Assembly: GCF_006345805.1 (NCBI RefSeq)
Contig: NC_042998.1
Span: forward strand, 153,698,001 to 153,762,000
Source: Octopus sinensis
Lineage: Eukaryota
Direction: 5' to 3'
Length of the DNA stretch: 64,000 nucleotides
Part shown: positions 1-12,240 of the stretch, piece after piece
How positions within the stretch are numbered: position 1 is the first letter of the stretch
Layout: each line of letters opens with the position of its first letter
Notes under the pieces: generated by a model
What the model saw: the letters and a program-made list of their open reading frames with translations, nothing else
Told to the model about the DNA's origin: nothing
Database searches by the model: none
Position numbers and translations under genes: made by a program

Positions 1-3000
1 TACCAGGAGTTGATGGAATTATCTACACTCCCAACTCCCAAAACTGCTGACCTTGCATCATGAATAATGGCTTCACTGACTGTCCAAAAGGCCAATCGAT
101 GATTCATAGCATTGTTGAGAGGAAATTTTTGAATTGAAACAGATGTTTGAATATAAGTTGAGTACAAAATTTCAAATTGGAATTTATGACAATACAAGAA
201 TCAAAATTCCTGATCTTCTTGTTATTGATCCTTAATATTGGTTCATAAAATATATTTACAGCAAGAACTATGCAATATGATGGTGCTTTAGATAATAATC
301 ATGAATGAATATGTAGAGTTAAATTAAACATTTCATCAAATGGTTGATTGTTTGGAATAGATTAAACTTCACTAAATTCAATCAAATATTAAGAGGACAT
401 GTTTTTAGGTATGATAAAATAAAAAAAGAAAAAAAGTAAGCAGTGTCTATAATATCAGTTGCTTTTTAAGAGCATATTCAAACTTAGAACCCTCTTTATT
501 TTTTTGTAGATCAGTTATCTTTCATAGATATCCTTCATAATGTCAACAAAATACATAGTGTTACCTGTAATCAAATGAAGTACTCAGATAAATTCTTAAA
601 GAAAAATTTAGTAAAATAACTTTGTCATTATTAGATTGGTGTTTGGAACATAACTTAATATGAAATTTTGATAGGTTTCAATCTAAATACAAGGAGTTTG
701 TATTATTGAATTAGTGATGAATTAAGGTTGGCTGGTATCAAAAGGGCTAATCTACTGATGCTATCATGTAAACACTAAAATGAAATGAACAAGTTATCAA
801 ATTAGAATGACTGCAGTTTATTAAGTTATAATATGCAAAAAAATGTTTAATTTAAAAGGTTACTATATCTCAATCCCAACGTCTCATATACAGAGAAGTA
901 AATGCTAAGATAAAGAGACCAAAATGGAGACCCAAAAAAAAAAAAAAATTACCCCTAAAATTAAAATATTTGAAATAGCAGGTGAAACATCTATCAAAAA
1001 TAAAATATATCAAAAATAAAATATACAAAAATAAAATATATATTGGAAGAAAATAAAAAATAATTTACTATTTGAAGATACATGTATGTGAGTGTAAATA
1101 TGCATATATTGTATGCATGTGTGTGTGCATGCACACACACACACATTCATGCCCAAGCACACAAATGTACAGTGGAAGATGAAAGTGTCAAGTGGACAAG
1201 TCAACAATTCAGTATTATGTACTCATATGAAACTGAGTTACGTTATCTGTGAAAAACTACCATTACATCTTAGAGGGGATATCTTGCTCACACAACATTG
1301 TTGAAACCAGCTCTGCTTATAGGGGCTTACAGCAATAACTTCATTAGTACTACTGGTGTTGAATGTAAAACAGAAGGTATCACATAGATCTAGCCCGACA
1401 AAATGTGTATTAGCTGCTGAGTAGAGAAAATAGTTTAAAATATGTAAGAAATGTTTTAAGTACTTGCCTTTCTAGTTAGGCTTTAGTGACAAATCATTTG
1501 ATAAATGAACAATCAAACTACCATATAGATAAATACATAGTTGGGTAATAATTATAATCCTTGTTCATGCTAGGCTTTATGTGACAATACAGTGAATGAC
1601 AAAAAAAAAAAAAAAGGTCTAATTTCACACTTACTAACCAGCTGAATCAATTAAAAGCCAGTCTTCAGTATTTAAAACCCAATTTAAAGATCTAAGCTTT
1701 CTTCTCCATTGAGGTGAAGGTTTCAAAGAAATTCAACATTAAATTGTTCAAGAAAATTGAGTATGTTTTTAAATACTTTAAAGATTTTGACAGCATCAAA
1801 GAGAATAACCTCAAATAATAGTAGGCTAAAAAACTTTTGCAAAAATACAAGATTGAGATTATGAATGATTCTATGGAATTCTTCAAGTTCAGCATTATGA
1901 ATTACAGTTGAAATTTAATGTAGGATAGGTCAAATCAAATAGATCAAGACCAAAGGATCTAGGTAAAAATTATGGGAGTACAGAAACAAAGTTAGTTACA
2001 ACTTTATTAAAGAGTCCTGAATTGGAGAAAGGAAAACTGACAAAAAGTTAAAGCAAAACTATTTTTCAATGCTTTTATTATATATAAAAAAAACAAAATG
2101 GGAAAAAAATTTTTAATAACTTCAAGAAGTGTGAACACAGGAACAGATATGGGATAAGATGGAAAACATCACTGCATGATTGGACATACAGTTTCTCTTT
2201 AAAACAGAAATTCTATTTTAAGATACAATTTGAAGATTGATCTCAGTACCTTGACCCACTTACCTCAATGAAACTAAGTCCTGGTAGAGCTGTGTGTGTG
2301 TGTTTGCGTATATATACACACACACACACACACACACATACTTTATTTGTGCATTAAGGCTACCGTTGGTTTCATGTTAAGAAATATCTCAACAATTCTT
2401 CAAGCAGGTCACATAGAAAAATTGGTGTTCATTGCCATTTTGGATAAAAACAATACACAAATAAAGAATCTTTATCCACTGATTTGGTGTTGAGCACTAA
2501 TTGTCATTCTTCAATATATATATGCACAACAGGGCCCTTTGCCTAATTTCCTTCCTCCTCAAGACATCCACTGTCACTTATCCCCTCCCTAACTGCAGTT
2601 CTTCCTTGATACCACTTTTCTACCCAGAACCATTTCACTTATTATCCATCCTCCATCCATTAATATTGTTCTATCCACCCACACCTTCACTGTGCCACCA
2701 AATTTTCTCCTTCACCCCATATATCTCACTCTCTTCATACATTATGCCTGCCTCTTTTCCCCATCCACTTCTGTAACTTACTCAATATCATGTCATTTCT
2801 CTTTCATTCTTCAGTTTACTGTATCATCACTACTACCTTGCTGCACCACACTATCAGATATCCCTTATTCCCCCACTCACTACTGGCCCTTCTTGTCCCC
2901 TAGACCACTCTGACACCTCATCATTACTATTATCACTTTCTATCACCATGGGTCCTCTACAATAAGAGACCTGTTCTGTTCTGGCCCCTTTCTTTCATAC

Positions 3001-3984
3001 CTTATCCCATTCTACTCCTTATCTCCAAGTATAAAGTTGCCTTCTTATCTCAGGGTTCATAGCCTTGAAAACTGCATGACAACTGTACTAGTGCTGGTGG
3101 CACAAAAAAAAGTACCCAGTTAAATATGTAAAGTTGTTGGCACCCAACCACAGCAACCATGGCAAAGCAGACAGTGGAGCATTTTGCTGTCCTTTGTCCA
3201 TGGGATCCTATCTAACCCATGCCAGCATGGAACATGGAGATAAATGATGATGATGATGATTAAGAACAAAAGTAGTAGTAATGATTTCTAACATTTTCTT
3301 CATTACATGACTGCTATCATCATCATTGTTTTAACATATATTTTTCCATACTTGCATGAATCAGACAAGAGTATGTTGAAGAAGAGCTTTCTATGACTAG
3401 ATACCCTTCCTCTTGTCAAGCTCCATTGTTTCCATATAAGTTAGTCAGCTTCCAGTTTATTGAACAACAAATAACCCAGATATGTCTACATGGAGAACTG
3501 GAAAGAAATGAAATCATATAAAAGAGTCTTCTGTTTATAAAGATCCTGCAACATGTCAAAATGTCAGGAAGCCTGGACATGCTTTTATGGTGCACTGGAA
3601 GCAAACGACACCATCAGCAAAGCCAGTGTTTACAATCAGCAAATGAAACACACATGTAGATAAGGGAAATATGAACTCGTACAAACACACAAATATATGC
3701 AGGCTTCTTTCTGTTTCCATCTACCAAATCCATTCACAAGCTTTTAGTCAGCCCAAGGCTACAGTAGAATACAATTATTCAAGGTACAGTAGTGATACTG
3801 AACTTGAAATCACACAGTTGGAAAGTAAGCTTCTTAACTACAATCACATCTGTGCTTATTATTCTTGTTTATTTATTTGTTCATTATAAATGTTTTAAAA
3901 GTACAGTCTAGCTCCATTGTTCTTGTATGATGAAACAAAAAGAAATGTTGTATACAAAAGATTAAAGCAAATAATAATCCTTTC

Positions 3985-4200
3985 TACTATATGCACACAG
4001 CCTGCAATTTTGCCACAATTTTGAAATAAATACCAGTCAACCTCAGTGCTTGAGTGATACTTATTCCATTGACTCCAAAAGGACAGAAGGCAAAGCAGAC
4101 CTCGGTGGAACTTGAACTCAGAATGTAAAGACAGAGAAAATGCTTAGCAGCATTTTGTTCAGTATGATAATGACACTGTCATATTAAAGCAAATAACAAC
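3985..4200 (-). mobile_element. Degenerate SINE-like dispersed repeat
   Basis: Similar to 29352-29530 (aaggcaaagcagacctcggtggaacttgaactcagaatgta vs aaggcaaagtcgatcttggcagaatttgaactcagaatgta). Confidence 0.5.
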
Positions 4201-4803
4201 AACGATTTCTAACATTGGTATGATTTAATCAACATGTGTATATTATTGGTCCTTATTTACCACCAATAGGCCTGCTCTATAGCTTTATCAATGCATCAAA
4301 AATTCCAAAAAGTTTTTGTGGAAAATTTTATTGTACATGCAGCCATGTCTATACTGATATACAATGGAAAAAAAACATTTTAAAAAATAATTTAATACTT
4401 TTCTTTGTTTTAAATTAATTTCATCCTTAAGTGTAGATTTACTACTACAATAAAATAAGCTTAATCTAAAGCTTACTCCACTGAATTTTAGCTGACAGAC
4501 ATCAAATGAAAGATGTGATTAACCTAAGGTGCAAACTTCAAATAAAAGATATAACAAGCACTGAAATTTTCCAAATTTGTTCCAAAGCACTGACATTTGT
4601 AACAAGATGGTATGCAATAGTTACCACAGAATAGTTTTCGATTTAGATCTTTAAAAAATTCCACCCCATCTTTTTTGTAAATAACAAACAAATACACTAA
4701 CCAAATAAAATAAAGCAGCAAGAACATATAGATAAGTAAACATAAAAAAATGAAAGAAATTTTTCAATAACATGATGATCAAATTCAGAGAAGAAATACT
4801 CAC

Positions 4804-4952
4804 GCATAGTGGTGTGCAATGGGAGTTCCTGGAGCAGATATGTAGGGACCTGTATTTGATTGAACGCTGCTCTCAGAGGGACTGTTAGACAAAGAGTCAT
4901 TAGCAGTACTGTGTCTTCTAACCACTTTGCCTTCTGCATCAGCCATATAATT
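4804..4952 (-). CDS. FNBP1L: Internal exon of FNBP1L/CIP4-family gene, end of HR1 and Ser-rich linker
   Basis: NYMADAEGKVVRRHSTANDSLSNSPSESSVQSNTGPYISAPGTPIAHHY; acceptor ttttctgctgcag|AAT in phase 0 matching the previous exon; donor GC|gtgagt; 149 nt. Confidence 0.85.
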
Positions 4953-5959
4953 CTGCAGCAGAAAATAAAATATTTTAGATAACTTTTTAAACACATACTC
5001 CATTTCTACCTACCATCAGTTTCTGATTGATCTTCAAACCAAACAATTCTTGTTCAAACAAACATACAAGAAGGATAATGGCTCAAGGGAGCAATACATA
5101 TATGACACTAATTTTTGTTTTTCTTTAAAGTGACAACCTGATAAGATATGGAGAAAAAATTTCTTCAACCCTTTGAAACATGAAAACAATATTATTTCAA
5201 CTTAGAATTACATGAAATGGAGTACAGTATAAGAAAATATAGCTTATTTTCATCCCCTGCATAGGCAATATAATTCATTATGAGAGCTTAAATAAAATGT
5301 TTGATGTCTTAAATACACTTCTTAAACAAGCTATACAAATATAAAATGCTCAATCTGTTAGTAGTCAACATGTATGTTTTGATCATTAATGTTTCGATGA
5401 GGCTACAGAAAATTAAACTTTTAACATAGGTTTATAAGTTTGTAAACACAAACACAGAATAGAAATATTTTGTATCAAAACAGATAAACTTATAGCATAG
5501 GGGTATCCAAACACGAAAGAAAATTTTTTTTAATGATTTATATTATCCACCCATCAAAAAAAAAAATGAAAAAAAATCAAGACATTTAGAAACAGTTCCT
5601 CTGAAGCAATGAAGCACACAGAGCTATATAGCAGTCAAGTTTCAGTAAGAAGCAAATAAAGTGAACAGATTTAAACAAATAGACAGATATAACTGGTGAA
5701 ACACATGATAGTTCAAACAATATTTATCACTATTGACACAATAAATTCTACTGAAAACTTAATCCATATCTGAGTACAGCATATAAATTTGCAAGGTGAC
5801 CATTCAGGATAATTTGATGGTAGAGTCCAATCTATTTGGTTAGCAAACAAAACTGAAAACATTTGTTTGCTATGCAATAACCTATAATGAATATCATCAA
5901 TGAATCAATATTTTACATAGGGGTATTATATTTCAAACCAACACTTGTTAAAAGGCTTA

Positions 5960-6900
5960 TTAACCCTTTAGTGTTCAGACTGGCCAAAACCAGTTGAAAA
6001 TAATTCCCCTTTATTTGTTTGAACCAGCCAAATCCGGCCATATCTGAAATCACTAAAAAAATAAACAAATCACATTATCGAATTCTCGTAGCTTTCAGAT
6101 AATGTGAGATAAAGCCTTTCCTGCCTCTCTTCAAGTAAAAATACCATGAAAGTTTTGAAACTTCTTGGTATTTTCAATGTTTGAAGAGAAGTGTAGATCT
6201 TAGTTCTTAACAATATGGCATCAGCAAGTTGTGATTCCAACTTTGAAGGTTTACTCTTGATGATGTACAAAATATAAACAAAAACAACAGTGATTTGTCT
6301 TTGGATGAATCTAATATTGATATTTACGAATCTTTGTTGGACGAAGAAGATTTTAATAATGAAAGTTATGAAAATGATGCTGAAAACATTACAGCGACAT
6401 AGTTTTTGGTTACTACATCAACCACAATTTCCGATTTCACAGAAAAGACTAGTCCGCAACAAAGTCTACCTCCCAATGCTCAACCATCAGACTATTTATT
6501 TTTATTTTTACTGAAGGGTTTTTTTTGAGACTGTCATAGAGGAAACAAATAAACATGCTCAATGCATAATTTCTATTTGTGGATGACCTGATCCACTATG
6601 GCAGCCAATTGATACTGCAGAAATGTGAGCTTTATTTACTATAAACATTATGTTTGTTATCAAGCAGAGTCCTCAACTGTGGAACTACTGGAGTCCTGAT
6701 CTCCAGCATTATGTCTAATTATAGTTAATTCATATATTGTTTATGTAAAAAGCCACAAGGTCCTTCCACCACTGAAGGATTATGACTATTTGAAATTTCA
6801 GGTTGACATCGCATCTCAGTTACATGATGGCTGTTCTTCCAGAAAGCACAGAGTTGGGAGAAAAGCAAAATTAACTGAGATGGCTGTCAACAGAGAAAAT
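5960..6900 (+). mobile_element. Degenerate piggyBac (PGBD4-like) transposon remnant
   Basis: Starts TTAA-CCCTTT; acidic N-terminal coding remnant, then FFETVIEETNKHA-like and NYWS-like motifs with frameshifts. The same terminus recurs at about 7613-7640. Confidence 0.55.
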
Positions 6901-7639
6901 AGTGACTTCCAAAAAGTAGAAAAAAATATATAGAAAGAAAAATGTTTGCAGACTGCTTTTGGTGCAAAAAAGAAAAACTGTGAAAAGATATCAGGTTGAG
7001 ACCTCATATATGTGTTTGTTTTGCAAAGTGCTCTTGTGTAAAGGGTGCTTTGGACAGTTTCATGATAAAAATATGGCAAAACTATATTTTGTTGTTTGAT
7101 AGTAATACTATCATATATTCCTTTCATTTTATTAAAAATAATATGTGAAAGTGAGAAATACATATTAATTTATAGAATGTTACACACCTGTATTCAACTT
7201 TATCTCATCTGTTAATGAGGTTTTTTAATTAGATCCATTATTATATAAATGTATTCATTAAATAGTATGAGAGTACATAGCCAATGGTACATTGACAAGT
7301 ATAAGAGTTTTGTACCTTATTTTCAATGAAAATGTTTGAGTGAAATATAGAGAAAGAATAAAATCTTGCACCAGTTACACCTGTATTTTAATCAATTCAA
7401 ATTAATGTACCTCATCTTGAAAAGTGGCAAAATTGTTGGCGGTTAACATCTGGGATAATTTTAGAAACAAATCAAACAGGTAAGATGCATTAAGAATTTC
7501 AATTTTAGTGTTTAATCATAGTGCTATTGCTTTTACACCTGTTAATTAAATTTACCTGCCCATAAAAGTCATATTTAATCAGAAAGATCAGCTAAAATTA
7601 CATAACCACTTATTAACCCTTTAATGTTCAGACTGGCCA

Positions 7640-8115
7640 CTATAAACCATTTCGATGACTGGCATCCGTGCTAGTGGAGTGCTAAGAGTACCATATGAGT
7701 GAGATCGTTGCCAGAGCAACAAGCTGGCCTCCGTTCCGATGGCTTGTTAAAACCACCATTCGAGCATGATTGTTACCTGCGTTGCTTTACTAGCACTTGT
7801 GCTGGTGGCACGTGAAAAAAACATTTGAGCGAGGTCGTTGCCAATGCCGCTGGACTGGCTCCCGTGCAGGTGGGACATAAAAAGCACCATTTGAGCATGG
7901 CCGTTGCCAGTACCTCCTGACTAGCCCTCGTGTCGGTGGCACGTAAAAGCACCCACTACACTCTCGGAGTGGTTGGCATTAAGAAGGGAATCCAGCTGTA
8001 GAAACTCTGCCAGATCAGATTAGAGTCTGGTGCAGCCATCTGGTTCGCCAGCCCTCAGTCAAATCGTACAACCCATGCTAGCATGGAAAGCAGATGTTAA
8101 ACGATGATGATGATG
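7640..8115 (+). mobile_element. RTE LINE 3' UTR/tail fragment
   Basis: About 60-bp gtggcacgtaaaaagcacc units, ending caacccatgctagcatggaaagcagatgttaaacgatgatg as in the RTE at 26063-28894. Confidence 0.8.
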
Positions 8116-9514
8116 ATTTATTCTTGTGTTTTGAGGAGTGAAATGCAGTAGAATCAGAATATTTTCAGAGAATTTGCACTTTCAAGTGTTCCTCAAAATT
8201 ACAGTTGTGTGATATAGATTGTTCAGTAAGTTCTTTTGAACTACCGTTATTGTGCTTGACATCATTTTTATCCCATTGAATCTTTATTTTATTGTTCTGT
8301 TGTGCAACCAACATAAATCAACTTGTGTTTGATGCATTCTGCTGTGTCCCATATAGTCTGTGAAAAGGGCTTGCCTCTGTTTTTCAGGGTACACTATGCA
8401 TAAACTCCAAAGGTAGTTTTATTGGGGTTAGAGGCAGTGGTTAATAGTTCCCTTACATTTTTATGGCATCTAAAGGCTACAACAAGTGGATGAAAGAATA
8501 TTTGTTTGAAATGAGGATATTTTTCTGAAGTACACTGGTAACTCTCATGCAACACTTTTGAAATACCAGTGAAGTTTTGGTGCCAGTTAATCACTAAAGG
8601 AATTTAATCACAAATTTTACTTTGGCTGATAAAATTAAACATGAAATTTTGACTTACCTTGATAACTTTAGTTATGTCATTTGGGATTTCATTTAATCAT
8701 AATTCACAGTAATTGTGTTTGACATAATGGAAAACAAAAGTATGTTTCCAATAACTCCAGGACTTTCGATTTAACTTAATTGCATGATGTGGATGATCAG
8801 AGCAGTAGTGAAGATGAATGTGAGATGATGTGGATTTGTAAAATAACTGTCACTGTTCAGCCTTCTGAAAACTTAATTTTTGTGTCCAAAAATTTGACAC
8901 TTGTTTTTGAAAAACTCAACAAGAAATTTATATTGGGCTTTCTGCCATAGTTTTTTCATAAAGCAGTCACAGAAATGCAAAAACTTATGTAAATTATCCT
9001 GTGACTCTTCCCAAACAAAAAGGATATCATCAATGAACTGTAACCAGAGTATTGGTTCATGACTGTGCAGGGGTCTGAATGTCTCCCATAACTGTTATGG
9101 GGTACCCATGGTGTATCCCCTTGTATGGTGGTAAAATTTTTGTTTAAACTTCATGGTGTTACTCTGTAACATATACTTCAATAATTTACTGAGAAAATTA
9201 GATGGAATACTTTAGTTTGACCATTTTTCAAAGGCTTCCATGTAAGCCTCTCACTCTCCCCACCTTCATCACGGTCAATGTTGGGGTTATAACAATGCAT
9301 TGGTCCAGATGCGTTTCCACTGTTCGAAGCAGTGCTGGAACTCTTGCAAAGTGATACCTTTTAATGTCTCTGTCATGTTTTTATTCACCTCTTCCACATC
9401 TGCAAATTCTGTAGTACCAGCTTTCGTCACCAGTGATGGCCTTTGAAAAAGGGTCTGGATCAATTTCTAGCTGCCCTTTCAGCATTCAGACATGCATTCA
9501 GTTGTGACTGCTTT

Positions 9515-9635
9515 TGATGCCAGATAAGACCGGAGCCTGGTGCAGCCTCCTGGCTTCCCAGATCCCCGGTCAAACCATCCAACCCATGCTAGCATGGAGA
9601 ACGGACGTTAAACGATGATGATGATGATGATGAAC
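9515..9635 (+). mobile_element. Short RTE 3' tail
   Basis: ccatccaacccatgctagcatggagaacggacgttaaac(gat)n. Confidence 0.8.
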
Positions 9636-9659
9636 AAGGGAGATGCAAATTTTGCTGCA

Positions 9660-10130
9660 ATTCTTTTCATTTGCAATTCCTTGTTCCAAATTTGTTAGCA
9701 AGTGCTCCAGGATACACTAGTTGTATCAACAAGTTTGTCAATTGTTTGGCGAAGGTCCTCCATGATCAGTTCATGAATTTTCATGATGCTTTCTTTCACT
9801 TGGAAGGTCAACAGTTGCTCTAAACAAGGTTGGTCTTCAAGCGACAAATAACCATTCCTAAAGCATGAAAACCACTTGTAAACTTGTGCTTTGCTTGTGG
9901 CAGTGTCCCTGTAAGCTGTTTGAAGCATGACAACTGTTTTGGTTGCTGTTTTCCCCAGCAGAAAACAGAATTTCACAGAAGCATGCTGTTTCTTTGTGTT
10001 AGCCATCACAAAAGTTGATGAAAACGGGAGAAGCACTGCAAAACAAAGACACACCATGTAACAGTATGACTTCAATTGCTGCTGCTGCTGGTCGGCAGAT
10101 TGATGCCTGAAGGTCACATCAAGTGGCTTT
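9660..10130 (-). mobile_element. mariner transposase remnant (N-terminal HTH)
   Basis: ORF 9695-10117 contains VKFCFLLGKTATKTVVMLQTAY..QVYKWFSCFRNGYLSLEDQP, typical of the mariner N-terminus. Confidence 0.8.
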
Positions 10131-10384
10131 TAGGTGTGGAAGCCTGAACTACAATGGTCTTGCCCCACAGAAAATGTTTCCAGCTACTTTTGATTAACTC
10201 CTCGTATATACATATACATACATACATACACATTCATACATACATGTTTGTGCTTCCTTGTTTTGACATTATGTGATGCATGTTAACAAGTGTCAATGTC
10301 ATACAGGTAGCATATTTCATTTCCAATCTTCCCCAAAAATTTATCAGGGAATGATAACTTGCTTGGTAACCAGTATTAATACTT

Positions 10385-10555
10385 ACTCGCGGAGTGGTTG
10401 GCGTCAGGAAGGGCATCCAGCTGTAGAAACACTGCCAGATCAGACTGGAGCCTGGTGCAGCCCCTGGCTTCCCAGACCCCGGTCAAACCGTCCAACCCGT
10501 GCTAGCACGGAAAGTGGACGTTAAACGATGATGATGATGATGATGATGATGATGT
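10385..10555 (+). mobile_element. Short RTE 3' tail
   Basis: ggagtggttggcgtcaggaagggcatccagctgtagaaac...ggacgttaaac(gat)n. Confidence 0.8.
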
Positions 10556-10711
10556 TACCAGCTGGGTAACAAGTATTAACTTGCTTGGTAACCAGTGAGG
10601 GCTAGCAACAAGATCCCTTTGACTTGTGTAAGCATTAAAAACTGGATGTTAAAATGATGAATGTGATTCAAATAATGTTATTAAAAATGACAAGCTTAAT
10701 ATAAACAATAC

Positions 10712-10844
10712 CTCAAATTTGATCAGTTCCTGGTTCAATCGGTCAAGTTTCTGTGCGTTCTCTTCCAGTTTTTTATCCAAGCTGCTAGCATCACCAAGTG
10801 CTGGATTGTTTATGTATACATCTTTCATCTTCAGCATACCCTCC
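10712..10844 (-). CDS. FNBP1L: Internal exon of FNBP1L/CIP4-family gene, HR1 domain C-terminal half
   Basis: (R)EGMLKMKDVYINNPALGDASSLDKKLEENAQKLDRLNQELIKFE matches family KMKDVYxxNPxxGD motif. Acceptor tttcatag|G, donor GAG|gtatt; 133 nt, phase 2 to 0, joins the previous exon in frame. Confidence 0.92.
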
Positions 10845-11259
10845 CTATGAAACAGTTAATATGGAATGAATTGAAAGAATAAAAGATTTACATTTTCTCT
10901 TCTACAATATTAGTCAGTGTACTGTATTATAATTAGAAGCGTGTGTAGGGAAATTGTTACACAAAGAGATCAGAACATGAAAATACACAAGGTCAAAATA
11001 ATCTTTGCAATAAAATAATCACAAGAAGCATCTATTTAGTCTTCTTCATGCTGTTGTTGCCCATGAGCTTTCTCTCTTGTAGCTGCAGGTGCCTTGTGTT
11101 ACCTTGAGAGGGTACTTAAAATAGATACTTCGCAAAGTTTATTTCTGATATTTTAAGCTGGAAACAGCCTACTTTTGATTTAGAATGAGGCTAAATTTCT
11201 GTCTTCTGATGCCATTTTCATTATTGCCACAAAGTACACAAAGTTTTAAATTGATTATA

Positions 11260-12240
11260 GCTTTATGGATTTTGTTCTGGACAAAAAATGGGCAGTCCTG
11301 CATTTGATGAAGCTTTTCTGGAAGAAATCTTGTTTAATTCTGAATTGGATGACAGTTTTGAAGGATTCACTCAGGCAGATATCAATGGTGAAATGGTTGG
11401 AGGTAATGATGAGGATGGTGACTATGTTTATAATGATGCACCAAGTGGATACTATCATCCCTGGCCAGTTGATTTTCAGGAAGTTACTGGCCCAAGGAGG
11501 TGCCTGATGGCATTTCTGGGGGGCAACTCTTTTGTCTATTCCTTAATGATAAAATCATAACTTTGTTTGTCAATGAGACAAATATACATGCTAGTCAGGA
11601 GAAGGAAAAGAGAGGGGAAAATACTGGCACCCACTTGTGTATATCAACATATGGAAGGACACCATTTTTGAAGAAAGGAAGGCATTTATTGCAATTTTAC
11701 TTCTGATTGTGCTCACAAAATGCTTATTGTTTGACTTGGATTGGTCTACTGATGACTTTATTGAGATGTCAGGCTTCAGGGACATCATGACAGGAGACAG
11801 ATTTCTGAAAATTCTGTACTTTTTCTATCTTTCAAACAGGCTAATTCCAAAGAGAAACAAAGGAATCACCTTGAGCATGACAGGGCTCACAAAATCCAAC
11901 TACTTTTTGAAAAGCTTGTGCCACTTTGGCAAAAAAATTTTTATCCTGAAAAGGAACTCAAGTATGAATAAGGCTGCTAATGTACATGCCAGTAAAACCG
12001 ACCAAGCAGGGCCTGAAAAACAAGGGTTGGGTGATGCAAAAACTGGGTACGTGTACAATTGGCAACTGTACATAGGTTGAAAAACAGCTCAAGCACCAAG
12101 GGCTGTTGGTGTTGCACATAAAGTGGTTTCTCTGAGAATGTGAAAAATAAGGGTCATGCCATTTACATGAACTATGTTTTTTCTTCACCTAGCCCAACAC
12201 GAAAAAATAGGATGCAGCACACTATGTTAAAACTGTCAGG
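11260..12240 (+). mobile_element. Degenerate piggyBac transposase remnant
   Basis: Acidic N-terminus (ORF 11288-11560), then FVNETN, DWSTDDFIEMSGFRDIMTGDRFLKIL and DAKTGYVYNWQLYIG motifs across frameshifts. Confidence 0.75.

Noticed and set aside
1-300. Possible next exon (SH3-side) of the host gene
   Set aside because: The phase-2 reading after the best acceptor hits a stop immediately and no SH3 motif is seen; the exon is probably outside the window.
10355-10596. 20-bp direct repeat flanking a short RTE tail as a TSD
   Set aside because: The repeats are offset from the element ends by extra related sequence, so it is not a clean TSD.
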